DNA of 64,000 nt from Chloroflexota bacterium (lineage in GTDB: Bacteria; Chloroflexota; Dehalococcoidia; DSTF01; JACRBR01): the NCBI GenBank assembly GCA_031400455.1, contig JANNPX010000014.1:13076-77075 (forward strand). The letters are read 5' to 3'. Position numbers and translations under genes: made by a program. The notes under the pieces were generated by a model that saw only the letters and a list, made by a program, of their open reading frames with translations, searched no databases and had not been told where the DNA came from. This document shows positions 39,501 to 48,267 of the stretch, piece after piece. Numbering within the stretch: the stretch's first letter is position 1; each line of letters begins with the position of its first letter.

Positions 39501-40381
39501 ACCGGGCCGGTGAGGCGCATGCCTATTACCTGCTCGATCACGCGTTCACCATGCTGGGTGATGCGGAGAGCGGCCGTTTCCGAGCGCTCGCGCTTCCCAT
39601 CTTTGAAGAGCTCGGCGACCTAGTTGGTCAGGCGAACGTGCTCAACAATCTCGGTGTCGCCGCCACTATCGAAGGACGCTGGGACGAAGCGATCGGTTCG
39701 TTCGAGCGGAGCAAGGTTGCGCGCGACAAGGCAGGTGATGTCGTCGGCGCAGCCACGGCGTCCAACAACATCGGCGAAGTACTGTTGAGCCAGGGCCACA
39801 CCGCCGAGGCGGAGGCAATTTTCAAGGACGCTCTGCGCGTCTGGCGAGCGGCGAACTATCCGATTGGCGTCGCGGTGGCCACGAGCGCGCTGGGGCTCGC
39901 CGCGTCGCGTGCGGGCCGCGCCGTCGAGTCCGAGGCGTTGCTGAACGAGGCTCTCGATGCGTTCCGCGAACTGCGCGCGGAGAGCTTTGTAGTGGAAACC
40001 AAGGCAAGGTTGGCTGAGCAGGCGCTGATGTGCGGCAACGACTCGATCGCCCGGCAGCGTATCACTGAGGCGCTCGATCATGCTGAGCGGGTCGACGGTG
40101 TTGGCGAGGCGAACGCCGCCCTCCACCGCCTGCTAGGTGAAGTCCAGGCCCGCGCCGGGGAGCCTGACGCCGCTGCCAAGTCATTTGAGGAGAGCGTGCG
40201 CGTCGCCCGCGCGATTAACGCCGACTACGAGATCGCGCTGACGCTCGATGCGTTCGCGCGACTGCGGATGGCGCAGGGACAGCCGGCGGACGAAGAAGTG
40301 CGCCAGGCTCGCGAGATCCAGCAGCGGCTTGGGATCTTGGCGCTGCCGTCCCCGCCAGCGCCAGTGCGTTCAGACACCTAG
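36581..40381 (+). CDS. Tandem class III adenylate/guanylate cyclase domains, STAND AAA ATPase and TPR repeats (soluble-AC-like)
   Basis: FIDISGFT, KFGGDA; second domain GDAVNLAARL; Walker A GPAGIGKS, Walker B IAFDDAH, GGNPLF; TPRs with NNLG/NNIG. Confidence 0.93.
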   Translation: MTASLTPYVPRLLVEWDRVAPSDAYRLIDGTLVFIDISGFTAMSERLARSGKVGAEEVTEVMNASFTRLLEHAYAEGGSLLKFGGDALLLFYSGERHAQRGCRAAMSMRQELRRAGRFRTSAGLVGLRMSVGVHSGECAFFLAGDSHRELIIAGPTVTKTVEMEATAQTGEILVSAEIAAMLPAGGSVAHPSGGFLLKKAPPSTGDSAPEDAALVFAHGDIFVPVAIRQHLGETAAESEHRQVTVAFIHFDRTDALLAADGPAALAAKLDSLMRNVQAATLEHDVCVLGTDIDKDGGKIILTAGVPRSNDNDEERMLRALRAIVDASADLPLRVGVNRGPVFAGDIGPSYRKTYTVMGDAVNLAARLMAKAEPGQILSTESVIERSRTQFKTRALEPFSVKGKARPITAFAIGSMRALRARGDASRVPLVGREQEMHLLTATLDSIHVQGTAIVELIGPAGIGKSRLIRELAASREGIAYFETTAEQYASATPYFAFGAFLRSVLGIAPQSRGANAVATLTERVNEHAPLLAPWLPLVALVMDLRVPSTPEVDQLDPRFRRNRLHEVVTELLTRLLPRPAVIAFDDAHWLDEASRDLLRYVMASVDQVPWLICIPRRPDDALSFAPDAPNAAVIRLEPLAPDAALALVAAVASDAPISQHELRALAERAGGNPLFLREIVANRLAQQEGAGMPESVEALLTARIDRLAPDDRRLLRYASVFGTSISTEALDGSLAGLVASEGEASWLRLDEFLVTDVPGSVRFKHAVVQEVAYEGLPFRLRRELHERIGLYLERTAGERADDDADLLSVHFSRAQDYRRAYRYARIAGDRSKARFANVEASEAYARAISAARLLDDVPSVELAALLESRGDVCELAGRYADAASAYQAAGRIDGYHGAAPGGLALKQGVIRERTGRYTPALRWYGRALRAEDGDPRDRAKLGLAYAGVRFRQGRYADCAHWARTALRDAQAVGDRAGEAHAYYLLDHAFTMLGDAESGRFRALALPIFEELGDLVGQANVLNNLGVAATIEGRWDEAIGSFERSKVARDKAGDVVGAATASNNIGEVLLSQGHTAEAEAIFKDALRVWRAANYPIGVAVATSALGLAASRAGRAVESEALLNEALDAFRELRAESFVVETKARLAEQALMCGNDSIARQRITEALDHAERVDGVGEANAALHRLLGEVQARAGEPDAAAKSFEESVRVARAINADYEIALTLDAFARLRMAQGQPADEEVRQAREIQQRLGILALPSPPAPVRSDT

Positions 40382-40501
40382 CTTCCGACTGGCCCGTTGA
40401 CAGGTACGGGCGATCGGCGGATACTAACCGCACGGTCGGAACATTGCCACTGGTTGGTCAGGATGCAAGCCGCTGCTATGAGCCCGCTGGAGTCCCAACT
40501 G

Positions 40502-40951
40502 ATGACCGATACGCCAGGCGCGCTCACCGCACCCCACGTGCTCGAATACCCGTATACCCGTAGTGTCGGTCCCGTGTTGGGCCGATTCTTCGCGGGCTTG
40601 CGCGAGCGCCGCATCGAAGGCATCCGCTCCAAATCGGGGCGCGTGCTCGTGCCACCGCAGGAATATGACCCCGAGACGGGCGAAGAACTGGCCGGCTGGG
40701 TTGCCGTAGCCGATGCGGGCGTCGTCACCACGTGGGCCTGGGTGCACGAGCCGCGTGCGCACCATCCGCTCGATCGTCCGTTTGCGTTTGCGCTGGTGCG
40801 GCTGGACGGCGCTGACAGCGCGATACTGCACGCTGTCGACGGCGGCGACGAATCGCGGATGGCCACTGGCATGCGCGTGCGCGCTCGCTGGCGCGATGAG
40901 ACCCAGGGTGACATCCACGACATCGTCTGCTTCGAGCCGGAGGCGTTGTGA
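40502..40951 (+). CDS. DUF35/OB-fold protein with a degenerate Zn ribbon
   Basis: YTRSVGP, GRVLVPP, PFAFALVRLDGAD, GMRV; no CxxC motif. Confidence 0.85.
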   Translation: MTDTPGALTAPHVLEYPYTRSVGPVLGRFFAGLRERRIEGIRSKSGRVLVPPQEYDPETGEELAGWVAVADAGVVTTWAWVHEPRAHHPLDRPFAFALVRLDGADSAILHAVDGGDESRMATGMRVRARWRDETQGDIHDIVCFEPEAL

Positions 40952-41436
40952 GCGATCCGGTGATGGTGATCGGTACGCCGATCCGGCTGGAGTACACGTT
41001 TACCGCTGGGGAGGCGCAAACGCGCTTCCTGCGCGCGCTGGCGGAGGGGAAGCTGATCGGGCAGCGCTGCCCGTCGTGCCTCAAGGTGTACATCCCGCCC
41101 CGCGGGTCGTGCCCGACGTGCGCCGTTCCGACGCAGGAAGCCGTGCAGGTGTCCGACAGGGGCACGGTGACAACGTTCTGCATCGTCAACATCCCGTTCC
41201 CGGGGCAGGCGATCAAGCCGCCGTTTGTCGCCGCGTCGGTGCTGCTGGATGGCGCGGACATCGCGATCTTCCACCTCTTGCAGGAGGTCGATGCGGCGGA
41301 TGCGCGCATGGGGATGCGCGTCGAAGCGGTCTGGGTGCCGCGCGAAGAGCTGCGCGCGAGCATGGAAAGCGTCCGCTACTTCCGCCCGACGGGTGAGCCT
41401 GACGCGGCGTACGATTCGTACAAGGAGCACCTGTGA
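40948..41436 (+). CDS. Zn-ribbon/OB-fold DUF35 protein
   Basis: CPSC..PPRGSCPTC, GTVTTF, GMRVEAVW; ends YKEHL. Confidence 0.9.
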   Translation: MSDPVMVIGTPIRLEYTFTAGEAQTRFLRALAEGKLIGQRCPSCLKVYIPPRGSCPTCAVPTQEAVQVSDRGTVTTFCIVNIPFPGQAIKPPFVAASVLLDGADIAIFHLLQEVDAADARMGMRVEAVWVPREELRASMESVRYFRPTGEPDAAYDSYKEHL

Positions 41437-42494
41437 TGCGCGATGTCGCAGTGGTCTCCTTCGCGCAGTCGCCGTACGTGCGCAACGATACCCAGCGCAA
41501 CGAGGTCGAGATCCTGATGCCGGTCATCTCGGACGCGATCGAGCGCTCCGGCATCCCGCGCAAGGAGATCGGATTCACGGTGTCGGGGAGTTGCGACTAC
41601 CTTGCGGGGCAGCCGTTCGCCTTCGTGAGCGCGCTCGACGCAGTGGGGGCGTGGCCGCCGATTCGGGAGTCGCATGTCGAGATGGACGGCGCGTGGGCGT
41701 TGTACGAAGCGTGGGTGCAGATCCAGTGCGGGGACGTCGATTCGGCGCTCATCTACGCGTTCGGGAAGTCGTCGCTGGGCGATCTGCGCGATGTGATGAC
41801 GTTGCAGCTCGACCCGTACTGCGTCGCGCCGTTGTGGCCAGACAGCATCAGCGTCGCCGCGCTCCAGGCACGCGCGATGCTCGACGCCGGCCGCTGTACC
41901 GAGGGCGATATGGCGGAGATTGCCGCGCGGAGCCGCCGCGATGGGCAATCGAACGCAGCCGCGCAGCTCACGGGCGATTTTGACACTGGTGCGCTGCTTC
42001 GCGAGCCGTATGTGGTGTCGCCGCTGCGGCGGCACGACTGCCCGCCGATCTCCGATGGGGCGGCTGCCGTCGTTCTGGCGGCGGGCGATCTCGCGCGGCG
42101 CGTTAGCAAGCGCCCCGCGTGGATCAGTGGCATCGACCATCGTATTGAACCCGCGAGCCTCGGCGTCCGCGATCTCACCCAGTCGCCGTCCACGAAGCTG
42201 GCGGGCGAACGCGCGGGGGCGGTGGGCGTGACCCTCGATGTTGCGGAGTTGCACGCGCCGTTCACGCATCAAGAGTTGATCCTTCGCGAGGCACTCGGTC
42301 TTGGCGCGGGCGTACGCATCAACCCGTCCGGCGGCGCGCTGGCGGCGAACGCGGTGATGGTCGCAGGGCTCGCGCGCATCGGCGAAGCGGCGGTGCGTAT
42401 CATCGATGGCAGCGCGAACCGCGCGCTGGCACATGCGACGTCCGGTCCATGCCTGCAACAGAATCTGGTCTGCGTCATGGAGGCGCGGCTATGA
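41436..42494 (+). CDS. ltp4: Thiolase-like protein (Ltp4-like)
   Basis: SGSCDYLAG, ESHVEMDGAWALYEAW, NPSGGAL, HATSGPCLQQNLV. Confidence 0.8.
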   Translation: MRDVAVVSFAQSPYVRNDTQRNEVEILMPVISDAIERSGIPRKEIGFTVSGSCDYLAGQPFAFVSALDAVGAWPPIRESHVEMDGAWALYEAWVQIQCGDVDSALIYAFGKSSLGDLRDVMTLQLDPYCVAPLWPDSISVAALQARAMLDAGRCTEGDMAEIAARSRRDGQSNAAAQLTGDFDTGALLREPYVVSPLRRHDCPPISDGAAAVVLAAGDLARRVSKRPAWISGIDHRIEPASLGVRDLTQSPSTKLAGERAGAVGVTLDVAELHAPFTHQELILREALGLGAGVRINPSGGALAANAVMVAGLARIGEAAVRIIDGSANRALAHATSGPCLQQNLVCVMEARL

Positions 42495-42552
42495 TCGTTC
42501 TCGCTTTCTCTGCCTGGCGCGCTCTGAGCGCGCAACGGGGCACCGGCCACCA

Positions 42553-42599
42553 CCCCTCTCTCCGCCTCGCCACGTCGAGCAGGCCGGCGGAGAGGGGGG
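42553..42599. repeat. CCCCTCTC..GAGAGGGG-type palindromic repeat
   Basis: Stem-loop between ltp4 and ltp3; related element at 45574-45609. Confidence 0.55.
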
Positions 42600-42621
42600 C
42601 GCCCCCGAACGAGGTGCGCTG

Positions 42622-43785
42622 ATGGCGGAACGGTGTGCAGTGATCGGCATCGGACAGACGAAGCACGCTTCGAAGCGCGCGGACGTGTCGATCGCTGGCC
42701 TCGTCCGCGAGGCGGCGCAGCGCGCGCTTGACGACGCGGAACTGACGTACGCGGACATCGACGCCGTCGTCATCGGCAAGGCGCCGGACATGTTCGAGGG
42801 CGTGATGATGCCGGAGCTGTATCTCGCGGACGCGCTCGGCGCCGCCGGCAAGCCGATGCTGCGCGTACACACGGCGGGCAGCGTCGGTGGATCGACGGCG
42901 ATCGTCGCGTCGCACCTCGTTGAGGCGGGCGTACACGAGCGCGTGCTGACCGTCGCGTTCGAAAAGCAGTCTGAGTCGGACGCGATGTGGGCGCTGGCGC
43001 CGAAGCTCCCGTTTCAGCCGACGACAGTCGCCGGCGCTGGCGGGTACTTCGCGCCGCATATCCGGTCGTACATGCGGCGCTCGGGTGCGCCGGCCGACAC
43101 GGGGATGCGCGTGGTCGTGAAGGATCGATTGAATGCGCTGAAGAATCCGTACGCGCACCTGCACCAGGGCGACATCACGTTGGAGTCCGTCGCCGCATCG
43201 CCGATGCTGTGGGATCCGATCCGTTACGCGGAGACGTGTCCGTCGTCTGACGGCGCTTGCGCGATGGTGCTGGGGTCCGAGAAGGCGGCGGAGCGCGCGC
43301 CACGCGCGCCCGCGTGGATCCACGCTTCGGCTATGCGGAGCGAGCCGACGATGTTCTCCGGGCGCGACCAGGTGAGCCCGCAAGCCGGGAAGGACTGCGC
43401 TGCCGACGTGTATCGCCAGGCGGGGATCACGAACCCGCGCAAGGAAATCGACTGCGCCGAGATCTACGTGCCGTTCAGCTGGTTCGAGCCGATGTGGATG
43501 GAGAACCTGGGCTTTGCGGACGAGGGCGCAGGGTGGAAGATGACCGTCGAAGGCGCGACGGCGATGGATGGCGACTTGCCCGTGAATATGTCGGGCGGTG
43601 TGCTGTCGTCGAACCCGATCGGCGCGTCCGGCATGTTGCGCTTCGCGGAGGCGGCGATGCAGGTGCGGGGCACGGCAGGCGCGCACCAACTCGATGGCGT
43701 CAGCCGCGCGCTCGGGCATGCGTACGGCGGCGGCTCGCAGTTCTTCTCGATGTGGATCGTCGGGAGGGAGCGGGCGAGTTCGTAG
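42622..43785 (+). CDS. ltp3: Thiolase-like protein (Ltp3-like aldol-lyase)
   Basis: GKAPDMFEG, HTAGSVGG, ETCPSSDGA, GGVLSSNPIGASG, HAYGGGSQ. Confidence 0.85.
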   Translation: MAERCAVIGIGQTKHASKRADVSIAGLVREAAQRALDDAELTYADIDAVVIGKAPDMFEGVMMPELYLADALGAAGKPMLRVHTAGSVGGSTAIVASHLVEAGVHERVLTVAFEKQSESDAMWALAPKLPFQPTTVAGAGGYFAPHIRSYMRRSGAPADTGMRVVVKDRLNALKNPYAHLHQGDITLESVAASPMLWDPIRYAETCPSSDGACAMVLGSEKAAERAPRAPAWIHASAMRSEPTMFSGRDQVSPQAGKDCAADVYRQAGITNPRKEIDCAEIYVPFSWFEPMWMENLGFADEGAGWKMTVEGATAMDGDLPVNMSGGVLSSNPIGASGMLRFAEAAMQVRGTAGAHQLDGVSRALGHAYGGGSQFFSMWIVGRERASS

Positions 43786-43827
43786 TGGGTAGTTCGTAGT
43801 CTGTAGTTCTGCGGGTGACAGAACAAA

Positions 43828-43843
43828 TGTGTCACGTGAAACA
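43828..43843. promoter_or_regulatory. parS-like site
   Basis: TGTGTCACGTGAAACA, one mismatch to TGTTTCACGTGAAACA; intergenic. Confidence 0.55.
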
Positions 43844-43914
43844 TTGGGCGTAGACGAGGCAAAAGGCGACATAATAGAAGGCGCCAAAGGATTAGGAAGC
43901 GGGCGGGCGGATCG

Positions 43915-45579
43915 ATGACGTTGCAGTTTCAACTTGCTGACCTGTTCGAGAGCGTGGCGGACGCGGTGCCGGAGCGGGAAGCTGTCGTGTATGGCGACCG
44001 GCGGCTGACGTTCCGTCAGTTCGACGATCGGGCGACGCAGCTCGCGCACTATCTGCGCGGGCAGGGGGTTGGCGCGGGCGACCGCGTTGGGCTCTACCTC
44101 TACAACTGCAACGAGTATCTCGAGGGGGCGCTGGCGGCGTTCAAGCTCGGCGCTTCGCCGGTCAATATCAACTTCCGGTACGTCGAGGAGGAGTTGCGGT
44201 ACCTCTGCGACGACGCCGACTTGAAGACGATGATCTTCCATCGCGAGTTCGCGCCGCGGGTTGCCTTCGTTGCGCCGAAGCTGCCTGCGCTGCGCACGCT
44301 CGTGTTCGTCGACGATGGAAGTGGTGCTGATGTTGGGGCGTTCGCGCCGGCCGGAGACGGGCCGCCACGCAGGGCGGCCCCTCCGGGGTCTACGGGCGCG
44401 CCGGCGATCGAATACGAATCGGCGATCAGCGAGCAGTCGAGCGCGCGGGACTTTGGGGAGCGGTCCGGCGACGACGTGTACCTGCTCTATACGGGCGGCA
44501 CGACGGGCATGCCGAAGGGCGTGATGTGGCGGCACGAGGATCTGTTCTTCGCTGGCCTGCAGGGTGGCAATCCGGGCGGGCCCGATATCACCGCGCCGGA
44601 GCAACTTGGCGCGAACGCTGCTGCGGGGAATCCGACCGTGACGTTGCCGGTCGCGCCGCTGATGCACGGCAACGGCCACTGGTCGTGCATGATCGGCATG
44701 CATAGCGGCGGCAAGGTGGTGTTGACGCAGTCACGTCGGCTGGATGCGCACGAGATCTGGTCGCTGGTCGAGCGCGAGAAGGTGAGCGTGATGTCGATCG
44801 TCGGCGATGCGATGGCCCGGCCGATGGCGCAGGCGCTGGAGGAGAAGGACTACGACGTTTCGTCCGTGTTCGCGTTCTCGTCGGCGGGGGCGCTGTTCTC
44901 CGAGGATGTGAAGGAGCGGTTGCGCGCGAAGCTTAAGACGACGCTGATCATCGACGCCTTCGGGATGTCGGAAGCGGGGCACCAGGGCATGAACCTCGGG
45001 AAGAACGCTGACGGCAAGTTACGCTTCTCGATCGACGCGCTGACGGCAGTGTTGGACGATGACCTGCGCCCCGTCGAGGCGGGGAGCGGCAAAGTGGGCA
45101 TGCTGGCCCGCACGGGGCGGCTTCCGCTGGGCTACTGGAAGGATCCCGAGAAGACCGCAAAGACCTTCGTGACCGACCCGGAAGGACGGCGCTGGGTGAT
45201 GGCCGGCGACATGGCGACGATCGATCAGGACGGGACGGCGGTCGTGCTGGGTCGCGGGTCGCTGTGCATCAACAGCGGTGGCGAGAAGATCTATCCGGAG
45301 GAAGTCGAACTGGCGCTGCGCTCGCATCCGGGCGTGTACGACGCGGTGGTCGTCGGTGTGCCTGACGAGCGGTGGGGGCAGCGTGTTGCGGCGGTTGTGC
45401 AGGCGCAGCCGGGCGCGGTGTTGACGCTGGACGAGTTGGCGGAGCACTGCTCGACGCATATCGCGCGCTACAAGCTGCCGCGCGAGTTGCATCTTGTGGA
45501 GTCGATGCAGCGGTCGCCGGCGGGGAAGGCGGATTATGCGTGGGCGAAGGGCGTCGCTTTGGGCGACGCGGGACCCTAA
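43915..45579 (+). CDS. fadD19: Acyl-CoA synthetase (FadD19-like)
   Basis: YTGGTTGMPKGVMW, APLMHG, GYWKDPEKT, CINSGGEKIYPEEVE, RSPAGKADY. Confidence 0.85.
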   Translation: MTLQFQLADLFESVADAVPEREAVVYGDRRLTFRQFDDRATQLAHYLRGQGVGAGDRVGLYLYNCNEYLEGALAAFKLGASPVNINFRYVEEELRYLCDDADLKTMIFHREFAPRVAFVAPKLPALRTLVFVDDGSGADVGAFAPAGDGPPRRAAPPGSTGAPAIEYESAISEQSSARDFGERSGDDVYLLYTGGTTGMPKGVMWRHEDLFFAGLQGGNPGGPDITAPEQLGANAAAGNPTVTLPVAPLMHGNGHWSCMIGMHSGGKVVLTQSRRLDAHEIWSLVEREKVSVMSIVGDAMARPMAQALEEKDYDVSSVFAFSSAGALFSEDVKERLRAKLKTTLIIDAFGMSEAGHQGMNLGKNADGKLRFSIDALTAVLDDDLRPVEAGSGKVGMLARTGRLPLGYWKDPEKTAKTFVTDPEGRRWVMAGDMATIDQDGTAVVLGRGSLCINSGGEKIYPEEVELALRSHPGVYDAVVVGVPDERWGQRVAAVVQAQPGAVLTLDELAEHCSTHIARYKLPRELHLVESMQRSPAGKADYAWAKGVALGDAGP

Positions 45580-45609
45580 CCCCCGGCCCCTTCCCCGCGA
45601 GGGAAGGGG
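45574..45609. repeat. CCCTAACCCCCGGCCCCTTCCCC..GGGAAGGGG palindromic repeat
   Basis: Hairpin overlapping the fadD stop codon. Confidence 0.55.
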
Positions 45610-45658
45610 AGCTTTTGAAGCGGGAACTAAGCGCAATAGCGGGCCGAGGATTGAGTGA

Positions 45659-46468
45659 ATGGCTGAACCACATCTGCTGATCGAACGGGAGGGGCACGTT
45701 GTCACGCTGACGATGAACCGGCCCGAGGTGAAGAACGCCATCTCGATGGAGATGCTGTGCCGGCTGGCTGATGCGTGGGTGATGATCGACGACGATCCGG
45801 AGGTGCGGTGCGCGATCCTCACGGGTACGGGCAGCGACTTCTGCGCGGGCGCGGACCTCGACAAGCTGGTGGCGCGGTCGATGCAGAATCTGCCGCCGGA
45901 GGACGAGTGGGAGGCGCGGATCCGCGCTGACTACGGTGTGATCTTCGAGGGGCTGCTGCGCAACCGGCAGTTGAAGAAGCCGCTTATCGCTGCCGTCGAA
46001 GGGTACTGCGTCGCGGGCGGCACGGAGATCCTGCAGGCGACGGACATCCGCGTGGCGGGTGAGGGCTCGACGTTCGGGATCACGGAGGCGAAGTGGAGTC
46101 TGTATCCGCAGGGCGGGTCGGTGATCCGGCTGCGGCGTCAGATTCCGTACACGAAGGCGATGGAGATGCTGCTGACGGCCGACATGTATCCGGCCGAGGA
46201 GGCGCTGAGCTTCGGGCTGATCGGGCGCATTGTGCCGAAGGGGCAGGCGCTGACTGTTGCAAAGGAAATGGCCGAGAAGGTGGCGTCGAACGGGCCGGTG
46301 GCGATTCTCAAGATCAAAGAAGCGGTGCAGCGAACGGAGTGCCTGCCGGAGCAGGATGCGCTCGCGCTCGACTTGCAGATCGGGATGCAGGTGACAGCGA
46401 CGGAGGACGCTCGGGAGGGGCCGCGGGCGTTCAAGGAGAAGCGGAAGCCGGTGTTCAAGGGGCGGTGA
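45659..46468 (+). CDS. echA19: Enoyl-CoA hydratase (EchA19-like)
   Basis: FCAGADL, AGGTEILQATDIRVA, EGPRAFKEKR. Confidence 0.85.
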   Translation: MAEPHLLIEREGHVVTLTMNRPEVKNAISMEMLCRLADAWVMIDDDPEVRCAILTGTGSDFCAGADLDKLVARSMQNLPPEDEWEARIRADYGVIFEGLLRNRQLKKPLIAAVEGYCVAGGTEILQATDIRVAGEGSTFGITEAKWSLYPQGGSVIRLRRQIPYTKAMEMLLTADMYPAEEALSFGLIGRIVPKGQALTVAKEMAEKVASNGPVAILKIKEAVQRTECLPEQDALALDLQIGMQVTATEDAREGPRAFKEKRKPVFKGR

Positions 46469-46845
46469 TGACGGAGTCCGAAACTGAGGCGATGGGTGTG
46501 CTCGACGCGTTCATGACGGCGTGGAACGGACGCGACGTGACCGCGTTCGCCGCCACCTTCAACTATCCGTCGGTGCGGATCGCCAGCGGGCGGGTGCGGA
46601 TCATCGAGAGTGCGGCGTCGCACAGGTCCGATATGTTCGAGTTGATGGCGGCGCAGGGGTGGCATCACAGCGCGTGGTTGCGGCGGGATGTCATTCACAG
46701 CGGCGAGGATAAGGTGCATTTCAATACGCGGTTCGGGCGGTACCGGGAGGACGGCAGCACGATCGGGGAGTACGACTCGATCTACATCGTGAGCGGGCAG
46801 GATGGGAACTGGGGCGTGCAGGGGCGATCGAGCTTTGCGCCGTGA
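46468..46845 (+). CDS. NTF2/SnoaL-like protein
   Basis: TGA/ATG overlap; LDAFMTAWNGRD..FNYPSVRI..GWHHS..DKVH..SIYIV..RSSFAP. Confidence 0.75.
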   Translation: MTESETEAMGVLDAFMTAWNGRDVTAFAATFNYPSVRIASGRVRIIESAASHRSDMFELMAAQGWHHSAWLRRDVIHSGEDKVHFNTRFGRYREDGSTIGEYDSIYIVSGQDGNWGVQGRSSFAP

Positions 46846-46943
46846 TGGCGACGAAGTACGTAGTTGGTAGTTCGTGGTTTGTAGTTCTTGCGGCGGCTGC
46901 ACGGAGAGTGTTCGTGGGGTTGGGCCGCCGTGCTGGGTGGAGA

Positions 46944-46992
46944 AGATCCGTCGCTTCGCTCAGGATGACACGAAGCGTCGCTCTGGATGACA
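46944..46992. repeat. REP-like ..CGCTCAGGATGACA element (doubled half-site)
   Basis: Matches the right arm of the 3820-3888 element. Confidence 0.6.
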
Positions 46993-47037
46993 GTAGATGA
47001 GAATGGCGACCGAGACCTGATGACTGGGGACTGAAGT

Positions 47038-48228
47038 ATGGATTTTCTGCTATCCGAAGAGCACAACATGATGCGGGCGTCCGTCAAGCAGATGCTTTCG
47101 AAGTACGAGCATCGCAAGAAGGAGTGGCGCGAGATGACGCATCGCGACCACAAGTTCAACTATGAGCTGTGGAACGAGTTCGCGAATCTCGGGCTGTTCG
47201 GCTGCCTGGTGCCGGAGGAGTATGGCGGCAACAACACGGGGCTGCTGGCGCTGACGCTGGCGTTCGAGGATATCTGCACGCTCGGCTTCTCACCCAGCCT
47301 GATGCTGGTAACGTGCATGGACATGGCGTGCATCCTCAAGAATGGCAGCGAGGAGATGAAGCGGAAGATCGTGCCGGGCGTGCTCTCCGGCAAGACGATC
47401 CTGGTGTTCGCCGTGACGGAGCCAAACGCCGGCAGCAATACTTTTCGCATCGAGACGGTGGCGAAGCGTAACGGCGATTCGTACGTGATGAACGGGCAGA
47501 AGATCTTCATTACGGGCGTCGAGGTTGCGGACTACATGCTCGTTGTTGCGCGCACGACGACGCGGGATGAGGTCGTGGAGCAGAAGCTGCCGAAGTCGCA
47601 CGGGCTGTCGCTGTTTCTCGTCGACCCGAAGTCGAAGGGCGTGACGAAGACGCCGATCCCGACCGTCGCGACCGAGGGCGTGTACCAGTGGCAGCTCTTC
47701 TTCGATAATGTCGAGATTCCTGCGGAGAATCTCGTCGGCGTTGAGGATCAGGGGGCGATGGCGATGTTCAACTCGCTCAACCCCGAGCGTATCCTAGTCG
47801 GCGGCATCTGCTGCGGCATGGCGCAGCAGGCGATTACGATGGCGGTCAACTACGCGAAGGACCGCCGCGTCTTCAGAGAAACGCCGATCGGCGCGTATCA
47901 GGGCGTGCAGCATCCGCTGGCCGAAGCGAAGATCCACCTCGAAGCGGCGCGCCTGATGACGTATCGCGCGGCGTGGGCGTTCGACCAGAATCTTAACCCC
48001 GGCGTCGTCGGCAACTACGCGAACCAGGCGAAGCTGCTCGCGGCCGACGTGGCGCTAGAGGCTGTGGATGCGTCGCTGGAGACGCATGGCGGCATCGGGT
48101 TTGCGGAGGAGACGGGGCTGGCGCAGTTGTGGAACGGCGCGCGGGTGCTGAAGACGGCGCCGCTGAATCGCGAGATGATTCTGAACTACGTGGCGGAGCA
48201 GGATCTGGGGTTGCCGCGGAGTTACTAA
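47038..48228 (+). CDS. Acyl-CoA dehydrogenase
   Basis: PEEYGG, FAVTEPNAGSN, NGQKIFITG, LNPERI, PIGAYQGVQH, THGGIG. Confidence 0.95.
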   Translation: MDFLLSEEHNMMRASVKQMLSKYEHRKKEWREMTHRDHKFNYELWNEFANLGLFGCLVPEEYGGNNTGLLALTLAFEDICTLGFSPSLMLVTCMDMACILKNGSEEMKRKIVPGVLSGKTILVFAVTEPNAGSNTFRIETVAKRNGDSYVMNGQKIFITGVEVADYMLVVARTTTRDEVVEQKLPKSHGLSLFLVDPKSKGVTKTPIPTVATEGVYQWQLFFDNVEIPAENLVGVEDQGAMAMFNSLNPERILVGGICCGMAQQAITMAVNYAKDRRVFRETPIGAYQGVQHPLAEAKIHLEAARLMTYRAAWAFDQNLNPGVVGNYANQAKLLAADVALEAVDASLETHGGIGFAEETGLAQLWNGARVLKTAPLNREMILNYVAEQDLGLPRSY

Positions 48229-48267
48229 GAACAATCAAGCATGGCTGCGCCATCAGGAGACTAGACA

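Noticed and set aside
40380-43914. KstR operator (TnnAACnnGTTnnA) for the sterol cluster
   Set aside because: No convincing match by eye in the intergenic regions.
42475-44703. 742-aa minus-strand ORF and similar long antisense ORFs (e.g. 9393-11054, 37303-38691, 53977-55332)
   Set aside because: Shadow frames of high-GC genes: Arg-rich, without motifs, and overlapping well-supported CDSs.
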